From Eledone cirrhosa (lineage: Eukaryota): a DNA stretch of 64,000 bases. Under the pieces are notes generated by a model. That model did not search any database. It saw only the letters and a list, made by a program, of their open reading frames with translations, and was not told the DNA's origin. This document shows, one piece after another, positions 44,351 to 57,680 of this stretch (positions are counted from its first letter, which is position 1; each line of letters starts with the position of its first letter). The translations under genes and the position numbers were made by a program. The stretch is from positions 94,798,001 through 94,862,000 of the forward strand of contig OZ024743.1 in the NCBI GenBank assembly GCA_964016885.1. The letters run 5' to 3'.

Positions 44351-46300
44351 TTAATATTAGTGTTCGGTTCGGCTATTTCGCATGCCCGTTGCCTATTTCC
44401 ATGTTTAGTTCTATATTTGTTATTCCTATAGGTGCGGGTAGTGTAGTTGTCGTTAGGTTTGTAGTTGCTGTCTCTATCGGGTATGTATTTGAGCCCCTCC
44501 TTATGGCCTGCCTTATGTAAAGCTATGTTATAGTAGTTTGCGTGTTCATTGAACATTTCTAGGTTAGAAGATAGGCCGGATATTCTTAGGGCTATACTAT
44601 GTGCTATCGAGTTAATTATGGAGCGAGGGTGGTTTGAGTTATAACTAATGTAGGCTAGATTCTCGTTATTTTTATGGAAAAGCTCTATTAGTCCTATGTT
44701 TAGGTTGAGTCTTACATCTAAGAAATTTGCTTTTTTAGAGTTAAGTTCGAAAGTGATACCTAGGCCTAGTCTATTGAAGAAAACTCTAATGTTTTTCCGT
44801 AATCTTTCCATGCTTTGATTATTCATGTTTTTAGTTAAAAGGAGCGTGTCGTATCTATAAATTCCTCCTCAGAGATTACTAAATTCCTTTCGTACGTTAT
44901 GCGCTATATATATTCCAACTATGTCTGTTACTTGTGCTGAGTTGCTAGATCCCATTGTAATGTTGAAGCTATTCTGTCTGTTTTTTCGTTCCCAGTAACT
45001 ATTCTCTAATCTAATGATAGTTCTCCGAGCGGCTAGTATTATTCTAATTTCAACAGAGGTTAGGTCTGAGTTTTTCCGGGCAAAGTCGAGCGCTTTATTT
45101 AGGATGACTGGAGAGATGGATGAGTAATAGTCGTTGATATCGAACTGTACGAAGTTGGATGTTTCCCTATTGTCTATTTTGTTAAACCAATCTATTGCTT
45201 AATTAGTGTTACCCCATAGTTTAATTTCTAGTTTGTCCTTGATCTGCCCTATTACTCTATCTAGTATATACTTGCTAATTCTACCTATATCTGACTTCGA
45301 TGGGCATATTAATCTAATTGTAGGCTCTGTTTCGAAATTATTTTTGTGATCTTTTAGGTTAAATGTGGGATTACAAGGGGTTAGAGGCTCGGTTCTATCA
45401 GATATTTTCATTTTTTTTTTTATTTTGCTAAGTTCTTCCTTATTAATGTCCGTGTGTGTAAATTCAGTAGTTTTCCTGTATTTTTTGTGTAGTTCACGGC
45501 TTATAAAGTTATTGTATGTGTTAAGGCTCATGGTGTATACATTTGATGTTTTGTCCTCTTTTACTATAATTCTATAAAAGGCATTCTATAAAAAAGCCGT
45601 AGACTCGAGAATACAACGACGCTGGCCAATAAGAACTGGCAGCTTAAGGACATCAACCAGGAATATGAGATTAGCTGGTCGAAGTTATCGAGTGCAAGGG
45701 CCTACAAAAATGGAATGTCCCACTGTGGACTATGCAATATGGTATGGAGCTGCTCCATATTTCAAAATATGATAAAATGCTGCTTAATAACAAGATAGAG
45801 CGAACAATCTTCTGTAGGCACAAAGCAGCCACCAAATTATCTAACTTCAAACGACAACCGGCATGATTCGATCCAGCAATCTCGGAATTCAGTCAAAGAT
45901 TTAAATGTACTAGCTTCACACCACTCTACTATTATTAGTTGTCAACTGACCAATTGGTCATTAAATCAACATCATGAATCTCCCAACCTTTCTTTCACTC
46001 TCTCTCTCTATAGCCGTATCACCTCCATTAAGATAAAACAATCAGTCTACCAGACATTAATCACCCATATATCATGACTGTGCCTTTCACTTTTTATTCT
46101 CTATCTGTCTATCTACTGCTTCCCCGGCCTTAGTCCTACTCTTTATGTCTCATCCTCAAATCCTTATTCTTTATTCTTTATCTCCTACTCTTTATCTCTT
46201 TCTCTCTTACTTTTTATTTTTTATTTAATCCTCTGATATTTTGTTGTACCTCTTGCATTTTTATTTCGCCAATTCATGAACTCAATACACTACATAACGC
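44351..46300. mobile_element. Decayed PLE: RT on minus (44351-45575), inverted GIY-YIG C-terminus and 3' UTR on plus (from ~45580)
   Basis: Minus strand: LKDHK..IRLICPSKSDIG, FVQFDINDYYSS, NFLDVRLNL. Plus strand: WQLKD...YKNGMSHCGLC...CRHK. Confidence 0.8.
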
Positions 46301-46524
46301 CTTTCATATAACGTATTTCTTTTCATGTTATTGTTATCATTACTGTCATCACTATTTTACACATCCACTTACTCACCATTACCGTAAATAAGTGCAAAAT
46401 ACGGGTACTGATAACAGTAGAAGTGGTGGTGGTAGTTGAAGTTATAATTGTTTCTACTTTTGGCACAATAAAGTACCAGTAATACACTAAGTCTATTTTA
46501 AACCGGTCGAGGTCGTGTCCACTT

Positions 46525-48485
46525 TTATGGCTCGATAAAGTCCGGGAATCTAACACGTAATATGTCTAAGATAAATAGGCCAACCAAGTCACATACGTCA
46601 GCACTGTCAAACGATCCCATGGAGTCGTCGAATAGGTCTGAAGTTGTAGACGTCTTTGCCCAGGCTACTCCGTCGTTGAAGAGGAGGGTTTTCCGGCAGT
46701 GAGCGATGATTTCCCTGTCCAAACCATCGACGGTGGTGTAAGTGGTAGCGAACTCCAACGCTTTGTTTAACAGGGTCTCTGAGATCGACGGGTAAAAATC
46801 GACAATGTCAAACTGTGTGAACTTCGCTTTTTGGGATTTTAAGGAGTTAAACCACTTAATTACAGAGTCGCTGTTCTCCCACTGGGGCAGATTGGACTTG
46901 GTCCTAATGGTCTTAACTATGTTTCTAAGTATGGCCTTACTGACTAGTCCAATATCTCTGCGTTCCGGGTTTATTAGTCTACATGTGGGGTTAGAAGTAA
47001 AGTCTACCTTGTGATCTTTCAGGGTGAGGAACGCCTCCCGCTTAGCTAGAGATTGTAGCTTCTTATCTACCTTAAGGTCGGCGGCAAGTTCTTTGGCTTC
47101 TGTATTAATGTCGTGGTAGGCCATAGGGTTAGCTTTCTTATATTTAGAAGTAATAGCGTTATGGGCCAGGTGGCGGAAAGTGGTGTTGTCGACTTCGTAA
47201 ATATTATGAGTTTTGTCGGAAAGAACGAAGGTGTTATTAGAAGACCTAACTTTCTTAATATCATTTCTGAGTTTCGTTTGAAAGGTGTTAGTATGTTTGC
47301 GAAATGTTAGCGACTAAGTCAAGAAAGTCCGTCTCGAAAGGAGCAAGTTCGGTTACCTTAGGAGGGTAGGCTCTCGATTTCAGGTTGAAGGTGTTGTTGG
47401 TGCCTGTAATGTATTGACGAACGAATAACTATTCTAAAGAGATTACGCAATAGTGATTGCCTAAACACGAGAAGGCCATACTTAGAAACATAGTTAAGAC
47501 CATTAGGACCAAGTCCAACCTGCCCAGTGGGAGAACAGCGACTCCGAAATTAAGTGGTTTAACTCCTTAAAATCCAATATGTAGGAAACAAATTTCTAGC
47601 CCTCTTAGATAGACACTTTCCCATAGGTCATAAATATCGCTCCATTTTTAACCGACACAAAGTTAAACTAGGATACTCCTGCGCTAAGAACATGAAGGCC
47701 CACATCACCAGCAGCCCTAGGAGCAACACCCCACCAGGGTGCTCTTGCCGTAAGCCTGAAGCTTGCCCCCTTCAACAGCAATGCAACACACCAACTGTAA
47801 TTTATGAAGCTGTGGTCACTTCCAACCAACCAAACGAACCACAGGAGGTCAAATCCTATGTGGGCATGACGGAGGGCCGATTTAAGGAACGTTTCCTGAG
47901 CCACCAGTCTACCTTCAGGTACCCGGACAGACGTTCATCCACGAAACTCGCGAGCCACGTATGGTTCTTCAAGGACTCAAGTATAGACTACTCCATTCAA
48001 TAGAAAGCCATCACTAAGTCCAAGCCATTCGCAAGGGGAAATCCGACGTGTGGCTTATGTATTGACGAACGAATAACTATTCTAAAGAGATTACGCAATA
48101 GTGATTGCCTAAACACGAGAAATGATTTTTTCACACGTTGTCCACACGTCGCCAAACACATATTGCATAACTACAAGGCTCCGGACTGATTCTTTGTAAT
48201 TTTATTTTCAACCTAAACACTTTTCGGACTTTCGCAGTTATCTCCCTTACACCTCTCGCACGCAGTCTAGTATTGCCTGTGTGAAGTGACCGGGTTTCTG
48301 CGCATGCGCGTTCGTACGGTTTTCCTTCCTGTTCCTATAAACACGCCCATTCCGAGCTGAGGATCCGCTAAGGTGAAACAATTGTTCTCGGTATGGTGAA
48401 CTAACTCTTGTGTAACCACTTCTACCTAACTCGTCCCGTGGACTGAGTGCTCTACCACTACGGATATTACCTTCCAGTGTTCCAC

Positions 48486-48490
<5 letters not shown>
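46525..48490. mobile_element. Decayed PLE: RT on minus (46525-47400), GIY-YIG + pLTR on plus (47575-48490), with templated junction pieces
   Basis: LKDHK...CRLINP, QFDIVDFYPSIS; CSCRKPEACPL...VIYEA...SYVGMT..FKER; HHR at 48352-48391. Confidence 0.85.
48352..48391 (+). ncRNA. Minimal hammerhead ribozyme in a PLE pLTR
   Basis: CCGAG-CUGAGGA-UCC(GCUAA)GGU-GAAA-CAAUUG-UU-CUCGG, with palindromic stem III and TATAAA just upstream. Confidence 0.75.
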
Positions 48491-48542
<52 letters not shown>

Positions 48543-48638
48543 AATTGAAATGAAGAATTAGAAATAGAAGCCAGGACTATCCATCATCAGTGGTCTACTA
48601 GCCATCGTAGGTATTTCTTCGCATTAAAGACCAGATGT

Positions 48639-48742
<104 letters not shown>

Positions 48743-48744
48743 AT

Positions 48745-48789
48745 GGTCTGTGGTTTTTCTCACATCAGATGTGAGAAAAACCACAGACC
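48745..48789. repeat. Perfect 22-bp inverted repeat with 1-nt spacer
   Basis: ggtctgtggtttttctcacatc-a-gatgtgagaaaaaccacagacc. Confidence 0.95.
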
Positions 48790-50764
48790 CTCCATCTCAA
48801 CTCTACTTTGGAAAAGCAGAAGAACTGCGAAACCGGTAAAGGAACCAAATAAATATATATATATTTTAAAAAAAATAAGACTCCAGTTGCATTTTCTTTT
48901 TCATCTTTTTTTCTTTATACTTTCACTCGTGTAGGACACCTCGGTTATTTTTCATTTTGTAAAAAAAACCTCACTTTCTAATATATATATATATATGCCC
49001 ACACACTATAATCATCTGGGATAAAAAGGAACAGAATGCACATACACTCTTACCATCCCCTTTCCGTAAAATCTGAATACAGCTCTCTCTCTCACTTTAT
49101 TTCTCTCTCACGCTATGTTACCACTCCTTCTCCATAAAAAAAACTTACAGCTCTCCCTCTTTGTCATCTCTCTCTCTTCCTTTCACTCACGCTGTTACCA
49201 CTCCTCCATAAATAATGTACAGCTCTCTCTCTCTCTCTGTGTTTTTCCGTCTCACGCACATAAGACGTTGAGGGCTGAAACACTCGCTTGAGGGGTGTTT
49301 CTCCTCTGAACACCTGCTACTGTCCAGTTCTCCTGAGAGTTTCTTATCACTTTACCATCTCAATTTTAGGGTGACAGACGTTTTACACAATGTGTACAAC
49401 AAGTTTAATATCATGGATTATTATTGCATGATTGTTATTGGCGGTTCCAATGAAATTGAATTATTAACCCACGTTTTACTTGGTGTTGAAGATTAACTTC
49501 CTTTGGGGTTTAGTTTACAGACAGCGGACACCCGTCACAATACCTGAAATAAACGTCATAAATCTTGATATTTTTCTCCAAGGATATTATCTCACCTACA
49601 ATGAAACTTTTTCAGCCTCCCTTTTGAATCATCACTGTTTTCCTTTCTAAATGCAATACCAACCACGAACATTCGGGTCCCGAATAATTGCCGCCTCTCC
49701 CTGCTCCCGCTTATTAGTTTCTCATATTTTTCCACCACCCACCTCCACTTGTTAAATTTCGCTAATCTATCTCGGGCGAAATTTTATTTTAAGTGGTAGC
49801 ATTCTTGCGACAATTAATTTTCTTTAGACATTAAAAAACATTATACATTACAAAAACGTAAATTACTAGAAATCCCATACGTTATAAAAAAAAAATAGGA
49901 TGGGTTGGAGTCTCAATATGTAAACTAAACAACTAATTCTGGTTTTCACCGGAGACAACCTAGAAAAATTACCGAATCGACCCAACGCATTATTATTTGG
50001 GATCTGAGAATAAGACAGTAAATCTAGTTACAAATCTGCAATATCGTAGCACACATCGGAATCTCTATCCCAATAGCTAGAATATATGTGAAGTCTGAAT
50101 AAACCTTGAGATGATCTCAGTAGAACATTTCAATGATAGTTCTGTATAATGAGGGCTGATCTGCAACTGAAATTAGACTCAGTGGTTCAGAGTTTAGTTC
50201 TGTTATTTTGGACAGAGCTTGCGCCTGGGTATTTAGCGCCCTAGGCTTGCGCTATAATGTGAGCCTGGAACTTCCAGTTATGTACTACTTCTCACAAATT
50301 AGCAACATATATTTTGGTAAGCTGATGAACCTAGTTTTTGACAATTCTAACTTTGACCTCACTAAGAAAATTACTAAGTTACCCAAAGTAGGCTAAATCT
50401 TGTGACAGTTCATGACACCATACAACACGCTCCACCGCTTTTGCTATTTCCATCAGGTTGATGATTAGTGATATATTTATTGATCGCAGGAAATTATTAT
50501 ATATTTAAATTAATTATACACATTTGTATAAAACTATAATCTTTCAAGATTCACTATTGCGTCACTCTGAGGTCTGTATCTGGGCGTGTGCCTAGTTGGC
50601 CTTCATGGCAACACCGGCCCTGGTCATGGGCATAAATGGACATAAACAATACCGATACATGATCGAATCCTTCAACTATCGATCTGTTGTTCTTAGTAGC
50701 CCACAGCACTACCTAAATATTAAACATTATGCTGTATCATTTACAGGATCAATTTAAATACTCT

Positions 50765-51248
50765 GCATGTCTTCAAATTGAAGAAATAAAAAGCTATATT
50801 TGCTATAGTAAAACGGCACATGTTTCTAAATGTACTCTCATACTTCAATGTTTACATCAATAGTAAGTTGCTGAATATCCTCGTCAACTGGGAATAATTA
50901 CATTAATTTTCCCAAATTGTTGAATGATAGTCTCAATGGTCTGAGAAAATAATAAGAAACAAAGAGTTAGTAGCTAGGTGTTAACTCTATTACGTGATCA
51001 ATTATCAGTTAAATCCCCCAAAAGCCTTGTGTGCTATGTTTCCGAATAAAAACACAAATCACATGCCACTAAATGTGCTTTTTAAGAATTTTAAAATGTT
51101 ACAACAACCAAAACAAAACAAAGGTGTATTTCTCTATTTCACGAAACATGTTGAATGTTTCTTTTCATTACTCTGGCATAAATCTATAAATATCTCGCTT
51201 TATTCTTTTCACTTTAACTGACTCAGGGTTGTATATGAACGATAATTG
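50765..51248 (+). repeat. Third copy of a ~480-bp block also at ~5895-6355 and ~39315-39778
   Basis: Long identical stretch aaacggcacatgtttctaaatgtactctc...gtatatgaacgataatt. Confidence 0.9.
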
Positions 51249-51829
51249 TGTGAAATAATTTAAAATGGCTTTGGTATGGAACGTCAGCAGGAAAGAGGTA
51301 CACACTTGTTTAGTTCTTATTTTGCGATAAGACTTCTCTCGGCGGGATTTATCAACGATTTCGGCATCTCCTAACAGTATCCATCTGTGTCAAGCAGCAA
51401 TGGAGCTATCAGGAAATGACCGTTTTTTATGGCGCACTCTGTTATCCATGCAGCCATCACAACAATCTGGCTGTTGCTGTAACCATTCTAATCCTTTAGG
51501 AATTATCTTTACTTATTGTTGAGGTTTTGCCCTCTCTGCTAACAAAGTTGGTCTTTCTTATAAATGCTTTGCCTTTTCCAGAATGAAGTTTTTTTTCAGT
51601 TTCTCTCTTGAATCGCCCCACTACTTCCCTTTTCTAGTTCAATACGAACCACATAGGACTTAATGGATCTAGCTACAATTCTGCGACACCTCACCTCAAC
51701 TGGAAGCAATTTATACTACCATCGACGTCTTTCACACAATTTATGTTCCTCATATATTATGTACTTTCTTTCATGAGCCCATACCATATTGCCTTCCAAA
51801 GGTATTGTTAGTTTAATAATCAGGAATTT

Positions 51830-52000
51830 TGTCAAAACAGTCCCCCGGCCCAGGAAAGTTAGTCTGTAAGCAATTTTGACCGTTTCATAGGTTTCTGCAG
51901 CGATTTTCCTGAGCTTGACACAAAACTTTATTGCATATCGAGTCTCCAAGTTGTCCTCACGTCCCGACTGCATTGTGTAACCAGTCAGCTGTATCAAGAC
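51830..52000 (-). mobile_element. Mariner transposase N-terminal fragment
   Basis: LETRYAIKFCVKLRKIAAETYETVKIAY resembles the mariner HTH start. Confidence 0.7.
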
Positions 52001-52599
52001 GTAGTAGTGTTTAAAGTGCTGTAGCAGGCCGAACCTTTAACCTGAAAAAAAAAAGATATGGCATGTTATGCTTATATCAAGGTTGTATTATAGTGACAGT
52101 TACGTAGGTCAATTAATAGTACCTGATAAAAAAAATGTCTCAAAATTTCTTGAGCGCAAGCGTGTCCTGAATGAGGCTAAGTATTTATTTGCCGACAGAA
52201 TGATACCGCAGTGCTTCTTAAATGTTCGGCTCTTGTGGTAACAGGCAGCTATGTAATAGGGGTAAGTCCTCAATTCTTTCTTTTAATCAATCAATTTGAG
52301 GTGTTAACAGTGAATCGCTGGACAGATTTTACGTGCAAAACCAACCGGTAGGAGATCCAGGTACAGACCCCGATCAAAATGGTTGGATAACATCTGGCTG
52401 GTCTCGCTTGGGGATCCAGCCGGATCAGTTGAAGACGGTTGCTTCTAACAGGATCCGCTGGAGTGTTTGAGGACTCTGCCACTGCGACCCTCTCCGGAAT
52501 GAGTGGGCGATGAAGAAGGAGGAGAAGAAGAAGGAGGAGGGAGGGAGGGGGGAGAAGAAGAAGAAGAAGAAGAAGAAGAAGAAGAAGATCTATTGTAAA

Positions 52600-53790
52600 A
52601 ACTGAATGCTTCATCCAGAAATTCTCTTCTAATTATACTCTTGGCTCATCTGGAGCAATTTCTGTTGTTTCCAGTTTTTAAGAGCTCCGAGGAACAGCCT
52701 GTCCCTTCTAATTATCGATCAGTTAGTTTTCTACCACTTTTTGACAAAGGTTTTGAGGTTTTAATCAATTCTGAATAGGTTACGCCTCATTGAGTCTTCT
52801 TTCAGATAAATAATATGGCTTTCAGTGCACTTTGGTTAAATGTGATTAAGCTATGGTTGTTGTTTTAAATATTTCTAAGGCGTTTGGCACGCTGGTCTTC
52901 TTCATAAATGTAGAGATCATGGTGTTTCTGGGTGGATTTTCGAACTGATTGAGTCTTTCTAATAAAATGGTGAACTCAAGGTTGTTTCTACATTAATGCA
53001 GGTGTTCCTCATGGTTCCATCCTGGGTATTATACGCGGGGTTGCTGAATAGTTCCTGGCTTTAAGGGTATCGGGAAAGGGTGGACCTCTTACCTTTACAG
53101 GGGAGGTAGGACAGTTGCAATACGTGTGTGAATCTGAGAGGGGAATATGTTGAATAAAATCATAATTAACCGACCCTCCTGCATTTTCTTTTACCCAAAG
53201 TCAGGAACTTTTCAGCACCCCGAGTACGGTTCTTAATTTTCATCAATGATCTTTCTGATGACACATATTCTCAACGTGGTTGGTATCTGAGCTGATAACA
53301 CTACTCTATTTTCTTGTCTTAATGGTAACTTTAGTGTATTTGATAAGGTTAAATTAGCAGCTGATCTTGAATGTGGTCTTCGATCTGTTGTTGATTGGGG
53401 CAAGAAATAAATGGCTTGTTACCTTTAATGCATCTAAGACAAAACTGCTATATTTTAAACGTTATAGAGAACCAGTTTTGACTTCCATTTGTATAGCTGA
53501 TCATATCCTCCGAGAAAGCAACTCTTTACGTCTTCTTGATCTAACATTTTCCACTGATTTCAGCTGGAATGGTAACATCACGTTGATATAACCCAGAAAG
53601 TTTATTTGCTCTGATAGTTACTTCACATGCACATCTTACTTTCCTCGCCACTACAATTTGCAAAACTTCAAAAGCTACATCAATCATCATTTTCTCTTTG
53701 AATTATGTTTTCTCTGTCTTTTCATATTCTCTTCTCGGTAACTCCCTGCATTTTAGCGGCTTTATTGCCTTGCTTGGGGTGAAAAGAAGA
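52600..53790 (+). mobile_element. Decayed CR1/Jockey-like LINE RT fragment
   Basis: Remnants of ISKAF, NAGVPHGSILG, FLIFINDL, ADNTT, W..KWLVTFNASKTK. Confidence 0.7.
53034..53224. mobile_element. Mariner-type MITE inserted into the LINE, TA target-site duplication
   Basis: TIRs CGCGGGGTTGCTGAATAGTTCCTGGCTTT / AAAGTCAGGAACTTTTCAGCACCCCGAG, flanked by TA. It splits the GSILG and FLIFIND motifs. Confidence 0.8.
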
Positions 53791-54153
53791 AAAAACCGAT
53801 TAAATTTAACAAATGACTAAAACTACTGAAATAAAATATTTTACTCGTGTATAATTTGAGAATAAACAATATACTTGGCATGATGTAGGTTTAAAAATAA
53901 AAATTCGGCACTACTACCACGAGTTTATTAACTCTTCAAGAAAATAAGTTCAGAATGTCTAAACAAATTCCAGACAGTACCATTTTTAGAAATTTTTAGA
54001 AATTCTTTGAATGGTTTTGGGGCTGCCCTTTCTAGCAGCTCGTCTCTCAGATACCACTGGTTCACTGTCCTACGCACGCTGTCACATCTCTCTGCCACGT
54101 GTTGCTGGACAGTTGTCTTAGATTTTCTTAGAGTTGTTTGGAATCTATCGTCT

Positions 54154-54238
54154 TACATGCGCTGATGACCCATAGACGATTCCATTTCAGTCAACAACTT
54201 CCTGGCGAAACAGATCTATTTGGATTTGTACGCGTGTG
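54154..54238 (+). ncRNA. Type I hammerhead ribozyme with full-length stem III
   Basis: UACAUGCG-CUGAUGA-[CCA...UGG]-C-GAAA-CAGAUCU(AUUU)GGAUUUG-UA-CGCGUGUG. Stems I and III are 8 bp each, GUA site. Confidence 0.78.
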
Positions 54239-54330
54239 TTATATAGTTATAGAGGTGCGTATATGGTTCTCCCTGTTTTATTGATGGCACACGATCTCTC
54301 TCTCTAGTGTGTTATCCTTTCCAGATATTG

Positions 54331-54365
<35 letters not shown>

Positions 54366-54370
<5 letters not shown>

Positions 54371-54481
54371 TTGAAAAAAATGAAAACGAAATTTCATTTC
54401 TCACTCTTAGTATGGCACTTACTTAAATGTAAGTATGTATGTATACGTACATACATATATGTATACAGACGTACAGTAGCA

Positions 54482-54533
<52 letters not shown>

Positions 54534-54984
54534 CATATACACATATGCATACAGGTACACATACATATATGCACGCATCAGTTTAGCCGACGTTTATTAT
54601 AACGCCTGCTTTGTTCGTTTGTTTGTCAACAAATCGAACAGCCTGAATTTATGCCATACGGTGTTAAGGCAACCACGTCACCTTTTTGTTCAACACTGAC
54701 ACAGGAACGATGTACTAGTTGCAAGCTTGTTAGCTATCGTCAGCACCGTTTACCCATCTGCCAGATAGTTGAACATTCGAAAGTATATACTTTCCTTATG
54801 AAAATTAACGGCTGAGCAGCCTAATTTGCATATTGAGTGAGTTAAATCGGTCAGGCATACCGAAAACGATAAGTTGAAAAAAATGAAAACGAAATTTCAT
54901 TTCTCACTCTTAGTATGGCACTTACTTAAATGTAAGTATGTATGTATACGTACATACATATATGTATACAGACGTACAGTAGCA

Positions 54985-55050
<66 letters not shown>

Positions 55051-55114
55051 CATAACGTCGGCTAAACTGATGCGTGCATATATGTATGTGTACCTGTATG
55101 CATATGTGTATATG

Positions 55115-55192
<78 letters not shown>

Positions 55193-55250
55193 TGCTACTG
55201 TACGTCTGTATACATATATGTATGTACGTATACATACATACTTACATATA
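54366..55250 (-). mobile_element. Retrozyme-like partial tandem repeat (503-bp period) with inverted partial copy (~55053-55250); HHR at 54706-54750 has GAAA changed to GCAA
   Basis: 54366-54490 repeats at 54869-54990. Homologous to 28035-28575. Octamer at 54824-54831. Confidence 0.75.
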
Positions 55251-55297
55251 TATATATATATATAATTAAGTTAAAAATGTACATCCACATATGTATA

Positions 55298-55976
55298 CTG
55301 TGTGTTTACATACAGAATAGCTGGACACTCACAGTAAAGTGACCAGTGAAAAACTCGGTACATCTACAATGTATACGTGTGTGTATTCATATGCATACTA
55401 GTATTTCAGTATACATATGTGGATGTACATTTTTAACTTAATTGTTTAAGCGTCAGTCATACAAAAGTGAGTTACAAACGAAACGAAATTTAATTTCGTT
55501 TCGTTATTTGTTTTTATCGTCTCCGTTGAACCGGTACGTACTCATGCTCTATGCAAATTAGTCTGCCCACTACTAATTTTCATAGAAAAAGCATATAACG
55601 ATATGTGCTTTTACGATTCTCTAGAGAGGCCGGAAGATAGGTAAATATTGCTGATGAGATGTAACAACATCGAAACTAGTTCAATATTCCTTGTCTGGCT
55701 TTCTGGAGAATAGAGGAAAGGTGTTTCCTCAAAAACCAGTATGACTCTAAAAACCGGTTTGTCTGTGTGTTTACATACAGAATAGCTGGACACTCACAGT
55801 AAAGTGACCAGTGAAAAACTCGGTACATCTACATATGTATACGTGTGTGTATTCATATGCATACTAGTATTTCAGTATACATATGTGGATGTACGTTTTT
55901 AACTTAATTGTTTAAGCGTCAGTCATACAAAAGTGAGTTACAAACGAAACGAAATTTAATTTCGTTTCGTTATTTG

Positions 55977-55982
<6 letters not shown>
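55298..55982 (+). mobile_element. Retrozyme-like partial tandem repeat (465-bp period)
   Basis: 55298-55515 repeats at 55763-55982. Contains an octamer (55551-55558) and an HHR (55644-55688). Confidence 0.78.
55644..55688 (+). ncRNA. Minimal hammerhead ribozyme (best-formed copy in the window)
   Basis: AAUAUUG-CUGAUGA-GAUGU(AACA)ACAUC-GAAA-CUAG-UU-CAAUAUU: perfect stems I and II, canonical core, palindromic stem III. Confidence 0.88.
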
Positions 55983-56049
<67 letters not shown>

Positions 56050-57490
56050 ATATATATATGTATATATATGTATATGTGTATATATATATGTATGTATATA
56101 TATATATATGTATATATATATATGTATGCAGAAGTTATATTTAATTTGTTGGGATTCAACAAGCTTAAACATTTTATAACTGATATAGAGCACTCAAAAA
56201 TTGAGATTATAAAAACAATAAGGAAGTTTAAAGGAAGTTAAAAGGAATTAAAAAAAAAAATCAAATGACTCCTAGGATAGATAAAAATCCCTTAAAAAAG
56301 TTATAAGAAGTTATAAAAAGTTATAAAAAGTTATAAAAATTCATCTAAAAAAATTTAATTAAAAACATAGCACATACATTATTCCACATATATATAAATA
56401 ATATAAATATTTGGATATATATGAAAATACATAAATATTAAAAATGTTTAAAATATTGGAAGATATAAAAATATTGGAAGATATGAAAATAGTAGTTTTT
56501 CCGTATCTTTCAAAAGAATCTTTCAAAAATTTTACCAAAAGTGTTTCAAAAATTTTCAGAAAGTCTTTCAAAGGAAATTTTTAGAATTTTCAAAACCATT
56601 TCTTAAAAGACTTCATGAAAATTTGAGTTTAAAAAAAATCCCTTTTAACTTCCTTTAAACTTCCTTATTGTTTTTATAATCTCAATTTTTATAGTCTTAA
56701 TTTATAGTCTGAATTTTTAAATGGTTTTAATATATACTTCTAATTATGTACTTATTCCTTTGTAAACTCTCGTAAATTTTCGTAATTTTGGAATTGTTTG
56801 GATGATTAAGATTTGACTTACAACTATTAATAAATTCTGGCTAAATATAATTTTGCCAAACTTACTTTAATCAAATAAACTATACTAGATTTTTTCCAAT
56901 GTAAATAATTTATAATCTATAACATAACATACCCGTCTAAACCCATATATTATTAATACATCTTAATATATTTTAAATACTTCTTTTTGTAATATATTTA
57001 TTTTAATTAAATTTTAATTAAATTTTTAATTAAATTCTAACAATATTTTTAAATCTTAACAATCTTTTTATCCTTAATTTAATTTAATTTAATTTAATTT
57101 AATTTAATTTAATTTTTTAACTTACCATTATAAATGTAAAACTTATTTCTTCGTTCGATTCGCTTCTCTTCACTATCACTATGCATAATCTCGTCTTCTT
57201 CTTCTCTCTTTCTCTTTCTCTTTTCTTCTCTCTCCCTTTCACTATTCTTTCTCCCTCCCTTTCAATATTTTTTCTCTCTCCCTCTCAATATTTCCCCTCT
57301 CCCTGTTACATCACCTTTCTTCCAACAGTTTAATTTAAATAAACCGTTGTTTTTTCAATTTTTCTGACACTCATTTGCATACTGACTTTGTATCACCCTC
57401 AATAAAATATTATCTCCACTATCCAGCGAACTTCAACCGTTAAGGTTGTCTTTTCCGGGTATGTCAATATTTATTTATAAAACAAATCTG

Positions 57491-57556
57491 TATTTTATCT
57501 GATGAAAGCGCACCATAATTTGCCTTGGGTGCCCTTGAAATATATATAATAAAATA
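57491..57556 (+). ncRNA. Minimal hammerhead ribozyme at the end of a PLE-like 3' UTR
   Basis: UAUUUUAU-CUGAUGA-AAGCGCACC...GGUGCCCUU-GAAA-UAUAUA-UA-AUAAAAUA, with an 8-bp stem I. Confidence 0.8.
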
Positions 57557-57594
57557 ATTATGGTTTTATAAATATAGTTTCCATTTATTAATGT

Positions 57595-57680
<86 letters not shown>

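Noticed and set aside
56196-56690. ~50-bp inverted repeat around extremely AT-rich DNA as a possible MITE
   Set aside because: No target-site duplication is evident. It more likely belongs to a decayed inverted PLE end leading to the HHR at 57491.
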